Assembly: GCA_964618805.1 (NCBI GenBank) | Contig: CAZUBM010000014.1 | Location: forward strand, 1-54,465 | Origin: an uncultured Nitrososphaerota archaeon | Lineage (GTDB): Archaea; Korarchaeota; Korarchaeia; Korarchaeales; Korarchaeaceae | Length of the DNA: 54,465 nt | Direction of reading: 5' to 3' | Shown: in pieces, positions 8,677 through 17,891 of the stretch | Position numbering within the stretch: position 1 is the stretch's first letter | How the letters are laid out: each line of letters starts with the position of its first letter | Notes under the pieces: model-generated | What the model was told of the DNA's origin: nothing | Seen by the model: only the letters and a program-made list of their open reading frames with translations | Database searches by the model: none | Translations under genes and position numbers: made by a program

Positions 8677-11106
8677 TTATTTCTTCTTTCCCTTCTTCTC
8701 GGACTCATATTTTTTCCTAAGGTACTTCCAGAGGTCTTCTACGTTTATTTCTTCCTCAACTACAGCTTCCTCTGGCTTCTTCAATTTTTCTTCAGTCTTC
8801 ACCTTCTCTACCTTTTTAGGCTTCTCTATCTCTCCCTTCTTCGACTTTTCTTTGAAGTACTCCCAGAGAGATTCGACACTAATTTCCTCCTTTTCGAGCT
8901 TTATTTCCTCTGGCTTAATTTCTTCCCTTATTTTTTCGGGAACAATAGGTTTCTCAGGAAGTTCTGGCTTCTCTATTTCCTCAGGCTTTACTTCTTCAAG
9001 CACCGGCTCAGGTCTTTTTACCTCTACTTCTTTCTTTACTTCCTCCAAAATAGAGGGCTTTTTCAACTCTTCAGGTTTCTCTATTTCAGGTAATTCTTCC
9101 TTTGGTAAAAGCTCGGTTTCCTCTAGCTTCACTTCTTCCTTGACTTCTTCAGGTATTGATGGCTTCCCGGGAAACTCAATTATTTCTTCCTTCATCTCTT
9201 CTACAGGAGGTTTTAGCTCCTCTAATCCTTCTATTTTTTCTGGAAGGCCTAATACCTCAGCTTCTTCTTTCTCAGCCCCTTCTGGCTTTGCCTCTTCCTT
9301 AACCTCTTCTACCTTTACCTCAGGTTTCTCCATCTCTTCTGGCTTTATCTCCTCTAACAAGATTTCCTTCGGGATTTCCGGCTTCTCTTCTTCTTTTACT
9401 TCTTCCAATGCTGGCTCAGGCTTTGGTCTTTCCTGTTCCATTTCCCTCTTAATTTCTTCAAGGATAGATGGTTTCCTTGTCATTTCATGTTTTTCTACCT
9501 CTATTTTCTTTATTTCTTTAAGAAGAGGCTTCTTAGGCACTTTTAAACCTTCTTTTTTCACTGTTACGGGAATTTTGGGTTTCTTGGCCTTCATCTCTTT
9601 CTTAGCTTCTTCTATGAGGGCCCTAAGCATGGATGTCCTTACTTCCTTGACTTCCTTTAGAGGTGCCTTTTCAGGCCTTTCAAGCCTCGGTTCTTCTATC
9701 GGAGGTTTAGGTTCCTCCATCTCAACCTTTTCTAACTCGATAGGCTCTGGCCTCTTTAGCTCCTCTTCCTTAACTTCTGGAATGCTTGGTACTTCCTCCT
9801 CTCCTATCCTTTCAAGTTTTTCCTCCTTTATCTCTTCAAACAGAGGTTTAGGCCTTTCTATCGCTTCTTCTTCGAATTTTTCTATCGGAAGCTTCTCTAC
9901 CTCTGGCTTAATTTCTTCCCTTATTTTTTCGGGAACAATAGGTCTCTCAGGAAGTTCTGGCTTCTCTATCGGGGATTTCTCTATTTCCTCGGGCTTTACT
10001 TCTACCTTAAGTTCTTCCATCGGAATTGGTATAGGTTCTTCAAACCTCTGCTCCCATACAGGATATTTCGGTCTTCTATGTCTTCCTCTTCCTCTCCTAA
10101 CTAAAACTGCCACTAATCCTAGGAAAAATACCCCTCCTCCTATCAAGCCATAGGCCAATAGCAGCGTACTCTTGCTTATTGTAGGCAACCAAGGCGAAGG
10201 ACTTGGTGTTGGTGAGGGCGACGGCGGGGGCGTAGTAGGTGGTAAAGTGGTTGGAGCTGGTGTTGGAGATGGAGGAGCTGTTGGAACTTCGGGTGCAGCA
10301 AGATCCTTCGGAAAGTCTAGTCCAGAGGCGTAGATGCTTACTTCTCCTGTCTTTACGTCAACCTTATAGATCTTTCCTCCAAAACCTGCTGCCACGTAAA
10401 GATAATCCCCTGCTACAATTATGCTCTCTATAGATCTCTCTTTAAGCTCAGCAACCAGTTTAAGGGACTTATTATAAATCCTGTTCCTAGTTGCTAGATA
10501 ATAGTTTCCAGAGGTAAATGCAACGGCCTTTATCTCCTCCCCTAACTTGCTCTGTATATCTAAGGAGCTTCCCCAAATGTAATTTTTTAGAGATATGCGC
10601 ATTATGATGCCGCTAGTCCCATCAAAAACGTAGAGCGTATCGTTCACGAAGTTTCCATCTACTACCTGCCTTTTGCCATCTACTCCCTGCGGTAAATTAA
10701 TGGTCTTCAAAACAGCTCCATAGGAATTTAAGATGAATATCTTATCGAGATAATTGTCCAGTAAGGCTATTCTATCCTCTGGAAGGGCGATTATCTTCAC
10801 AAATCCCTTCATTTCGGGCATCGTAATGTATCTGATTAATTTTCCTTCAAGGCTGTAGACCTTCACTTTCCCCATCTCAAGATCTGGTATGTAGATCTTG
10901 TCATCAAGCACATCTATCGAATTGTAACCCTTTCCAACTCCGCTGAAGGGAACTACCGAGCCGTTTGGAAATATTTTGAGTATATTTCCATTCCTCTGCA
11001 CTACGTATAGGATAAACTGATTTTGTTCTTGCGCCAATACGAACCCTTGCGACGCCAGTAGTGCTGCCAAGGCCGTGCAGTATAGAACCCTGAAATGGTT
11101 CATCAT
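8677..11106 (-). CDS. Single-pass membrane protein: extracellular beta-propeller-like domain, Pro/Thr linker, TM, long Glu/Lys/Pro-rich tail
   Basis: Signal peptide, NHL-like repeats (GKIYKVDVKTGEVSIYASGLDFPKDL), a PSPTP linker, a TM followed by RRGRGR, and about 460 aa of low-complexity EKP sequence. Confidence 0.8.
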   Translation of the reverse strand: MMNHFRVLYCTALAALLASQGFVLAQEQNQFILYVVQRNGNILKIFPNGSVVPFSGVGKGYNSIDVLDDKIYIPDLEMGKVKVYSLEGKLIRYITMPEMKGFVKIIALPEDRIALLDNYLDKIFILNSYGAVLKTINLPQGVDGKRQVVDGNFVNDTLYVFDGTSGIIMRISLKNYIWGSSLDIQSKLGEEIKAVAFTSGNYYLATRNRIYNKSLKLVAELKERSIESIIVAGDYLYVAAGFGGKIYKVDVKTGEVSIYASGLDFPKDLAAPEVPTAPPSPTPAPTTLPPTTPPPSPSPTPSPSPWLPTISKSTLLLAYGLIGGGVFFLGLVAVLVRRGRGRHRRPKYPVWEQRFEEPIPIPMEELKVEVKPEEIEKSPIEKPELPERPIVPEKIREEIKPEVEKLPIEKFEEEAIERPKPLFEEIKEEKLERIGEEEVPSIPEVKEEELKRPEPIELEKVEMEEPKPPIEEPRLERPEKAPLKEVKEVRTSMLRALIEEAKKEMKAKKPKIPVTVKKEGLKVPKKPLLKEIKKIEVEKHEMTRKPSILEEIKREMEQERPKPEPALEEVKEEEKPEIPKEILLEEIKPEEMEKPEVKVEEVKEEAKPEGAEKEEAEVLGLPEKIEGLEELKPPVEEMKEEIIEFPGKPSIPEEVKEEVKLEETELLPKEELPEIEKPEELKKPSILEEVKKEVEVKRPEPVLEEVKPEEIEKPELPEKPIVPEKIREEIKPEEIKLEKEEISVESLWEYFKEKSKKGEIEKPKKVEKVKTEEKLKKPEEAVVEEEINVEDLWKYLRKKYESEKKGKKK
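8907..9969. repeat. Intragenic 70-bp direct repeat (8907-8976 and 9900-9969)
   Basis: The two copies differ at one base, are 993 nt apart, and encode IEKPELPE(K/R)PIVPEKIREEIKPE. Confidence 0.85.
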
Positions 11107-11461
11107 TTCTTTTTTTTGGTTCGGAGGATAAAAACCTTTGTTTTTATGAGTTATTTTATCGCATAATTCACTTTGCGATCTAAGGGCAAATAAATGACGA
11201 AAATGAGTAAAATTGATTCTACTTAGGAGCCCTCTTCATCTCATTTCTCTCTTCCCCTTAGGAACACACCAGTTCGTTTTAGAAAAATAAGCTAACTTAG
11301 AATGGTTCTTTTTCACAAATTTCTTAAATATCTGTTAGCTGCAGTTTCTAGAAAAGGGCTCACAGGACTGAAGATTGAACTTACTCTGGAATTTTTAGAC
11401 TTGAAGTTCTGTGAATGAGGCCTAAGAATGCTTAAATATCGAGACCGGGTGCAAAATATCT

Positions 11462-12073
11462 GTGTCAACCGATTTAAAGTCTAGAATAGCTAGATTTTCC
11501 AGGATTTTAGGACTTATTGGGCCTCTAGTAGCTTATGCCTTCATAGGAGTATCTATATACTTAAATCCCTGGTTTTCACTAGAAGGACATGCTTTAAGCG
11601 AGCTTGGAGACCTTAGAAAGAAGTATTGCAAGTATCCCTGGTTTTACAACCTTGGGCTGGAACTTTCTGGGATAATAATGGCCTTTTTTGCAGTTGGTCT
11701 CCTGCTTAAGAGTGAGAGGTTTTCGCAAAAATTAGCCTCAACCTTGATTCTGGCTGGATCAATTTCTCTGGCATTAATAGGATTCTTTCCAAGTGGAACT
11801 CATTTACATGGGCCTGTAACTGCTGCCTTCTACCTTCTAACACCTTTTGGCCTCTTCATGTTCGCATTAACTCTGCTAAGGAGGAACCTTCTCCTTTCGT
11901 TGATCATGGTCTTTACCATTGCATCTTCCATCGTGATGGCCTCTGTTCCCAGATGGCATGGAGCTGCTATCCCTGAGCTAATAGGAGCAGTTGGAATCAC
12001 TATATGCATTTGGATCTTATGCCTAAATCAATTAAAGGTTGATAGCGAGCGCATTAGGAAGTCAACTCATTAG
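11462..12073 (+). CDS. DUF998 family membrane protein
   Basis: PWFSLEGHALSELG motif and multiple TMs; TATA-like TTAAATA about 30 nt upstream. Confidence 0.85.
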   Translation: MSTDLKSRIARFSRILGLIGPLVAYAFIGVSIYLNPWFSLEGHALSELGDLRKKYCKYPWFYNLGLELSGIIMAFFAVGLLLKSERFSQKLASTLILAGSISLALIGFFPSGTHLHGPVTAAFYLLTPFGLFMFALTLLRRNLLLSLIMVFTIASSIVMASVPRWHGAAIPELIGAVGITICIWILCLNQLKVDSERIRKSTH

Positions 12074-12134
12074 GTTTTTCACTGGACAGAAGATACTAGA
12101 ACTCTCGAGAATATGAAATTAAAAGAGATCTGTT

Positions 12135-12656
12135 TTATTCCCCTCCGTACTTTCTTCTAAGCTCTTTATGTGTTTCTTCACTTATTCTACACTCTAGAAG
12201 AGCTTTTTCTAACTTTTCCATTCTTCCATCAACCTTAACTTCTTCTCTTGAAGTTGGCTTCCTCTTTTTCATTAAGAAGAAGGCTACCATGGCAATAACT
12301 AATACGATTGCAAGTATGGAGCCCATTAATGCTAGAGATCTACCCCTAGAGGTAGAAGAAGGTGAGGAAGCTGGAATTTCGCTCCTAATTGGTGCTGGGG
12401 TCGGGCTTCTGGTTGATGTTGGGATGGGAGTCAAAGCATAAGTCAACGACTCCTCGTATATCTCCTTGGCCAACCCTAGTTGCCTCTTCATCCAGATGTC
12501 CTTTAGCTCCTTGCAATACTCTGGAAAAACTTCAACCCTGCCGTACACCCCTTTAGCACCAGTTGTTTGAATAAGCATTCCTTTCACGTCTTTGAATGGA
12601 GAGCGGATTATGCCTATCGGTCTGTACGTTATCTCATCCATTTCTCTGCTACTCAT
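12135..12656 (-). pseudogene. Chimeric ORF: N-terminal TrmO/TsaA fragment fused to the C-terminal part of a membrane-anchored protein with a SHOCT-like end
   Basis: ITYRPIGIIRSPFK...GRVEVFPEYCKELKDI matches the TrmO N-terminus. Near 12495 it switches abruptly to a Pro/Thr linker, a TM and EKLEKALLECRISEETHKELRRKY. Confidence 0.7.
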
Positions 12657-12896
12657 CCGATGGAACACTTTCACAATAATATTTCTTCTTAAAAGCTAAG
12701 TCCTTCAGAACTGATGAAAAGGCCAATTTTCGTTCAATAAAAAGGGTCCCTAGCCGGACTATGAGATATGCTCTTTTCCTTAACAGAGTGGAATTAATAT
12801 ATGGCTTGAGCCTTGGAAGGGTATGGGGTCTCACTTAGGGCCAAAAATTCCCCATTTTAATTAAGTTTAAATGCGAAAGCTCCCTTCATGTAATTT

Positions 12897-13712
12897 ATGG
12901 AGGCAAAGAAACTTGCGCTTCTCCTTTTTCTCCTCACAATCTTTGCTGTCTTAGCGCTTTTCATCTACAAGACCAAGAGAGTTCCCCCAAAGATAGAACT
13001 AGTGAGCGTAAGCAAGAGGAATATAACAAAAGTGGATGACAAAACCGTGATAATAGTGGAATTTGGAGATGAATTCGAAATTACCCTCAAAACTTCGCCA
13101 AAATTTGCAGGAAAGGAAATTCGTAGTTTTTGCGACTCAGTTAACTTCACTCAAGAACATCCCTACAAAGGAAGGGAGTGTGGAGGATATGGAATTGTGG
13201 ATGATCGGGGGTATTGTGTATCAAGGGGATGGGTTGCTGAAACCCCGCCCGGATGGGTAATCGGCCTGAAGTTCTACCTAATTGATAGGGGTGAGAGGAT
13301 AGAGGAGAGCGAATTGGAGATCTACGTTAAGGTTAAGGAACTTCCACCGGCAAAGATAGAGTTGGTGAATGTAAGCAGTGGGGACATAACCACAATCGAT
13401 AACAAAACCGTGATAGAAGTTGTGGCGGAAACATACTTCAACATAACGTTCAAGACTTCCCCAAGATTTGCAGGAATGGGCATTGTTTGCTACTGCGACT
13501 CAATTAATTTCACCCTCATACATCCCTACAAAGGAAGGGAGTGTGGAGGATATGGAATTGTCGACGATCAAGGGTACTGCATATCAGATGGCTGGTACGC
13601 AGATGCGCCGCCAGGATGGATTATGGGCCTAAAGTGCTATCTTGAGGATTGGAGGGGGAGGATAGAGATGAGCGAATTAGAAATTTACATTAAGGTAGTT
13701 GAGCGTCCTTGA
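12897..13712 (+). CDS. Membrane-anchored hypothetical protein made of two tandem 121-aa Cys-containing beta-rich domains
   Basis: N-terminal TM; HPYKGRECGGYGIVDD occurs twice. Confidence 0.85.
   Translation: MEAKKLALLLFLLTIFAVLALFIYKTKRVPPKIELVSVSKRNITKVDDKTVIIVEFGDEFEITLKTSPKFAGKEIRSFCDSVNFTQEHPYKGRECGGYGIVDDRGYCVSRGWVAETPPGWVIGLKFYLIDRGERIEESELEIYVKVKELPPAKIELVNVSSGDITTIDNKTVIEVVAETYFNITFKTSPRFAGMGIVCYCDSINFTLIHPYKGRECGGYGIVDDQGYCISDGWYADAPPGWIMGLKCYLEDWRGRIEMSELEIYIKVVERP
13157..13561. repeat. Exact 42-bp intragenic direct repeat (13157-13198 and 13520-13561)
   Basis: acatccctacaaaggaagggagtgtggaggatatggaattgt occurs twice, 363 nt apart. Confidence 0.9.
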
Positions 13713-13755
13713 TTAGAATCTAATCAAAAATTGGGCTAATAACTGATGAGATTGC

Positions 13756-14450
13756 TTAAAGCAAGATCAAACGTGCTTCGTACCAAATTAAGTATAGGCC
13801 TGTGGCTAGCAGTATCAATCCAGTTGCTCTATCAACGTAGTGCATCAAGTTCATGAATTTTCTGGAAATTATTCCACCAGATATTGAAGTTAGAACCGAA
13901 ATAGGGATCATTAGGGTGATCATTCCAAAAAAGTAGGAGGTAAGGGAGAGAATCGCAAAGCTCGAGCTGAAGGCAGCAGATCCCGATATCTGATTACTAT
14001 CACCAAAAATATTGGGAGAGAACAGCCCATGGCTGCAAGGGCATAACCTATTCCGTAGAGGAAGGGCCCAAGACTTTTTCCCTTTTTCTTATGGAGTAAG
14101 TGAGATGCTCTGAGGAATACGCTGAAGGACTTGTTCATTCCTGCGAGATAAAATGCCCCTAATGCTGAGAAAACAGTTCCAACCCCTATGACAAAATAAG
14201 GGATTACCTTACCGATCTGTATTAGAGCAAAGGAGATGAGAGATCCAGCTATAACCAGCACAACTAGGAAGCCAAGGCTGGTGATGAGACCAATTTTTAT
14301 CCCATTCAGGACTAAGGAGATGGTCCTTTTAGATCTCTCTTCCCTTCTTAAGAAATAGGAGATGTAAGAAGGAAGCATTGGAAAGGAGCATGGAGACAGG
14401 AAGGTGAACACGCCCGCTGTGTAAGCGAAGATCAGGAAAGTTAAGTCCAT
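13756..14450 (-). pseudogene. ccdA: Cytochrome c biogenesis CcdA/DsbD-like membrane protein, frameshifted
   Basis: FLSPCSFPMLPSY and GCSLPIF motifs. The C-terminal TMs (SYFFGMITLMIP...YVDRATGLILLATGLYLIW) continue in another frame after about 13992. Confidence 0.8.
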
Positions 14451-14517
14451 AGGGGTGAGATCACCTCTTCAATAGGACTTTTTCTTTGCAGGGGCTTCTT
14501 TGGCATCCCCTTGGAAG

Positions 14518-15789
14518 TCACATCTTTACCCCTGTTATCTCTTCCAGGTTCCTTCTAAGCCTATCAGGCATAATTCCTGCTCTTGCAGCCTCCTCCCTTA
14601 TCTTCTGGACTATCTTAGGGACATCTATCTTCATCGGACAGTGCTCCTTGCATCTTCCGCACATCGTACATGTGTAAGCAATTGGAGCTGCCCTTTCCAA
14701 CCCGCCAAGCAAGAACCTTGTGAGCGGAGCTCCTATTCCTCCCATGTAGATGTACCCAAAGTTGCCAGCAACTAGAGGGTAGACCGTGCAGTTGTACATG
14801 CATCCACCGCATCTAAGGCAATAAAGAGCTTGGCGATAAACTGGATCTTTTATCATCTCCTTCCTTCCATTGTCAAGCAATATTACGTGGTACTCCTTTG
14901 GACCATGCGCTCCGTAAGTTGTCTGCTTCTCTATGTCCCCTGTCTTGCTAGGACAGCTTATCATGCTCACATAGGCTGGTGCCTTATAGTTTGCATATCT
15001 GGCTGTTACCTCAACGGCGATCATAGCATCGATTAAGGATGGGACAAGCTTCTCGATTCCAGCCACTACTATGTGCTTTTCGGGGAGACCTGTAACTAAT
15101 CTTGCGTTTCCTTCGTTCTCTATTATGAAGACTGAGCCTGTTTCAGCTGCTATAACGTTTGCACCGCTTATTCCAACCTTCGCCTCGAAATACTTCCTTC
15201 TTAGGAGCTTCCTTACCTCCCCAACTAGAACAGATATGTCTGGTGGAAGCTTCTTTCCAACGGCTTTTGATATAACTTCTGCAGCCTTTTCCCTTGGTAC
15301 GTGTATGGCTGGGGATAGTATGTGCATTGGCTTGCTCTTAAGCTGCTGTATTATGAACTCTCCAAGGTCGGTTTCGTAGACCTCGCATCCCATCTCCTCA
15401 AGTCTTGGGTTCATGTGAAGCTCTTCGGAAGTAAGACTTTTGGACTTGACCACTATGTCTCCTGGCTTAACTAGGTCTCCTATGTAGTCCATCGCATCAT
15501 CGGGAGTTTTTGCTAGGTAGAAGTGGCCCTTCATGTCCTCTATCATGTCCCTTGCCTGAGATATCAGCTCGTCGATGTGGAGCAGGGAGTACTCTTTTAT
15601 CTCCCTTAACTTCTCCGCTAGCTTGATGGTATGAGGGAAAAGCTTTAGGGCCGTTTCAGTGTTTCTTCTATAGGATTCTACAGCTCTAGAAAGTGCCAAT
15701 CTTAAAAATCTGTCCGAAGAAGCTTTACTTAGCTGTCTGATATAATCCATGTAGATCTTTTCCATTTCCTCTTTCTCGATGATGACCAT
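14518..15789 (-). CDS. lutB: LUD-domain Fe-S protein (lactate utilization protein B-like)
   Basis: KSKSLTSEE, ETDLGEFIIQ, ENEGNARL, HGPKEYHVILLDNGR, CLRCGGCMYNC and CTMCGRCKEHCP. Confidence 0.9.
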   Translation of the reverse strand: MVIIEKEEMEKIYMDYIRQLSKASSDRFLRLALSRAVESYRRNTETALKLFPHTIKLAEKLREIKEYSLLHIDELISQARDMIEDMKGHFYLAKTPDDAMDYIGDLVKPGDIVVKSKSLTSEELHMNPRLEEMGCEVYETDLGEFIIQQLKSKPMHILSPAIHVPREKAAEVISKAVGKKLPPDISVLVGEVRKLLRRKYFEAKVGISGANVIAAETGSVFIIENEGNARLVTGLPEKHIVVAGIEKLVPSLIDAMIAVEVTARYANYKAPAYVSMISCPSKTGDIEKQTTYGAHGPKEYHVILLDNGRKEMIKDPVYRQALYCLRCGGCMYNCTVYPLVAGNFGYIYMGGIGAPLTRFLLGGLERAAPIAYTCTMCGRCKEHCPMKIDVPKIVQKIREEAARAGIMPDRLRRNLEEITGVKM

Positions 15790-15798
15790 AAGATCATA

Positions 15799-16542
15799 TC
15801 ACCCCTCAAGTGACATCTCTATGAGCTGGGCCATGTTGATCACCTTCAAGTTCGTCCTCAACTGCTTGTTTCTTAGATAACGAATTCCCGCCCTTAAGTT
15901 AGAGATGCACTGTGGACAACCAGTTACAATGGCATCTAGATCTTCTGGCACTCTATCTTCCTCCTCAAGCTTCCTTGTTGCTATTTTGGCTGCCAATGAC
16001 GGGAAGAATGCGGAAAGAAGGCCACCTCCACCACAGCATATGGCTTTCTCCCTCTCATACCTCTGCCTAAATATCTCAATGCCAGGGATGAAAGAAAGGA
16101 TTTCTCTAGGCTCATCATAAACGCCTGAGTGTCTTCCAAGCTCACAAGGGTCATGATACATAATCTTCATCCTTACCTCTTTCTTAGGAGCCAGCTTTCC
16201 CTCTTTAAGGAGCCTAAGGAAAAACTGGCTGGTATGAAGAACCTCCGGCCTTAAATTCTTTCCAAGTTCTTCCGGATAGATCTGCTTAAACATCCTATAG
16301 CAGGCTGGACAAGGCGTTACTATCAACTTGTATTCTGATAAGACATCTTCAAGCTCATCTGCACGTTCTTTTGCCATTTCAACGCGACCAGCTAGGAAAA
16401 TTGGAAGATAGCAACACCCCTCTTCATTCAAGGTTTCGAAATCGATCCCAGCAGTCTTTAAGACCGAAATTATGCTCTCTTTCTCGGAAACAAGGCTTTT
16501 CCTGTAGACACATCCAAGCCATAGGAGAATATCGCTTGTCAT
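15799..16542 (-). CDS. CCG-domain (Fe-S)-binding protein (LutA/GlcF/HdrD-like)
   Basis: LWLGC, EEGCCY, TPCPAC, YHDPCELGR, CCGGGG, GCPQC. Start taken at MTSDILL; the open frame extends to 16608. Confidence 0.85.
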   Translation of the reverse strand: MTSDILLWLGCVYRKSLVSEKESIISVLKTAGIDFETLNEEGCCYLPIFLAGRVEMAKERADELEDVLSEYKLIVTPCPACYRMFKQIYPEELGKNLRPEVLHTSQFFLRLLKEGKLAPKKEVRMKIMYHDPCELGRHSGVYDEPREILSFIPGIEIFRQRYEREKAICCGGGGLLSAFFPSLAAKIATRKLEEEDRVPEDLDAIVTGCPQCISNLRAGIRYLRNKQLRTNLKVINMAQLIEMSLEG

Positions 16543-16775
16543 CTTTGGACACCGAAGGGTAAGAATCTCACCATTGGAACCGTTATAATTTTTTACCGTA
16601 TTCCTCAAGAGTTAGGCTATCCTGATTATCAGTCGGCTTTCCAACATGGCTCCTCTATGCCCTAAATTCCTTTTATCTAGGGATAAGTCATTTTTACGTC
16701 TCTCGAGTAATCTTAGGATACAAAGCATGATCTACCCTAAACAAAAAGTAGGAGGGATAGATTGTAAGATTCAAT

Positions 16776-17225
16776 CTACAATCCTAGGACTTGTTGGTAG
16801 CCCAGCAGGTCAAGCAACTCATGCCCTGAGTAATTGAACACTATTATCCTCTCTTCCCCCTCTCTTTTAGCTTTAAGAGCCTCATCTATGGCTGCTTTAA
16901 CTGCATGTGATGTTTCTGGAGCAGGTATAAGCCCTTCAAGCTCTGAAAAGAGCCTTGCTGCCCTAAAGACATCCTCCTGGGGATATGCAATGAACTCTAT
17001 GATCCCTTCTTTAGCAAAGAAACTGTTGGCGCTGCGTCATGATATCTAAGTCCTCAAGCATACATGCTGGAGGTACGAAGTCGCAGCTCGAGGTAAACAT
17101 CTTAATTAGAGGAGTCGTCCTTCCTGCATCGCCAAAATCATATCTATATTCCCCTTCGTCATTGAGGGGCATACAACCGGTTCTACGGCTATGAACCTTG
17201 TTCCTCTTTCCTCCCCCTTAGCACT
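16776..17225 (-). pseudogene. trpB2: TrpB2 (tryptophan synthase beta-like) 3' remnant
   Basis: TRFIAVEPVVCPSMTKG, EGLIPAPETSHAVKAAIDEALKAK and IIVFNYSGHELLDL are present across frameshifts; the 5' half is missing. Confidence 0.8.
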
Positions 17226-17234
17226 CGGCCTATT

Positions 17235-17429
17235 GTGGGAAAGGTAGTTGAACAGAACATAAAAGGCGAGCAATGTGCCATAGAGGTGTACAGCAAGCTG
17301 CTCGAGTTCACCAAGGGCGGGGACGCTATCACATATAACATGATACTTGAAATTCTTGAAGATGAAGTAAAGCATGAGAACGAACTTCTTGCTATATTGG
17401 AAGATTTAGAGGCAATTAAGATGAAATAG
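17235..17429 (+). pseudogene. C-terminal remnant of a ferritin-like (Dps-like) protein
   Basis: KGEQCAIEVYSKLL...DAITYNMILEILEDEVKHE; the N-terminal helices are absent. Confidence 0.75.
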
Positions 17430-17444
17430 ATCGGTGAAAAGGTT

Positions 17445-17825
17445 TTGACTAAGTTAATGCAGGTTTACAAATGTAACATATGTGGAAATATAGTTGAGGT
17501 CTTACATGAAGGAGCAGGAACTCTTGTGTGTTGTGGTCAGCCGATGGAACTCCTCAAAGAAAAGACGGAAGATTTAGGGCTTGAAAAGCATGTTCCAGTA
17601 GTGGAAAGAATTGAAACAGGAGTTAAGGTAAAAGTTGGTTCAGTTCCGCACCCTATGGAAGAGAAGCATTACATAGAGTGGATAGAAGTTATCGCAGATG
17701 GCAGAGTTCAAAGGAAGTTCATGAAACCGGGAGGAAAACCTGAAGCGGATTTCAATATAGAAGCAGAGGGTTTAGTGGTAAGAGAATATTGTAACATCCA
17801 CGGGCTTTGGATAGCAAGAAAGTAG
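17445..17825 (+). CDS. dfx: Desulfoferrodoxin (superoxide reductase)
   Basis: [46 protein letters not shown]. Confidence 0.95.
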   Translation: MTKLMQVYKCNICGNIVEVLHEGAGTLVCCGQPMELLKEKTEDLGLEKHVPVVERIETGVKVKVGSVPHPMEEKHYIEWIEVIADGRVQRKFMKPGGKPEADFNIEAEGLVVREYCNIHGLWIARK

Positions 17826-17891
17826 GTCATTTTTCGCACTAAAGGGTTTTTGTCCCTCCCTTTTTCTTTTATGGATCCATCGTTAAGCGAG

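Noticed and set aside
8852-10153. 433-aa Ser/Phe-rich plus-strand ORF
   Set aside because: Antisense shadow of the Glu/Lys/Pro-rich tail of 8677..11106; its composition is the reverse complement of GAA/AAG codons.
8907-13561. CRISPR-like direct repeats
   Set aside because: Each repeat occurs only twice, in frame within a coding sequence, with no spacer-sized periodicity and no cas genes.
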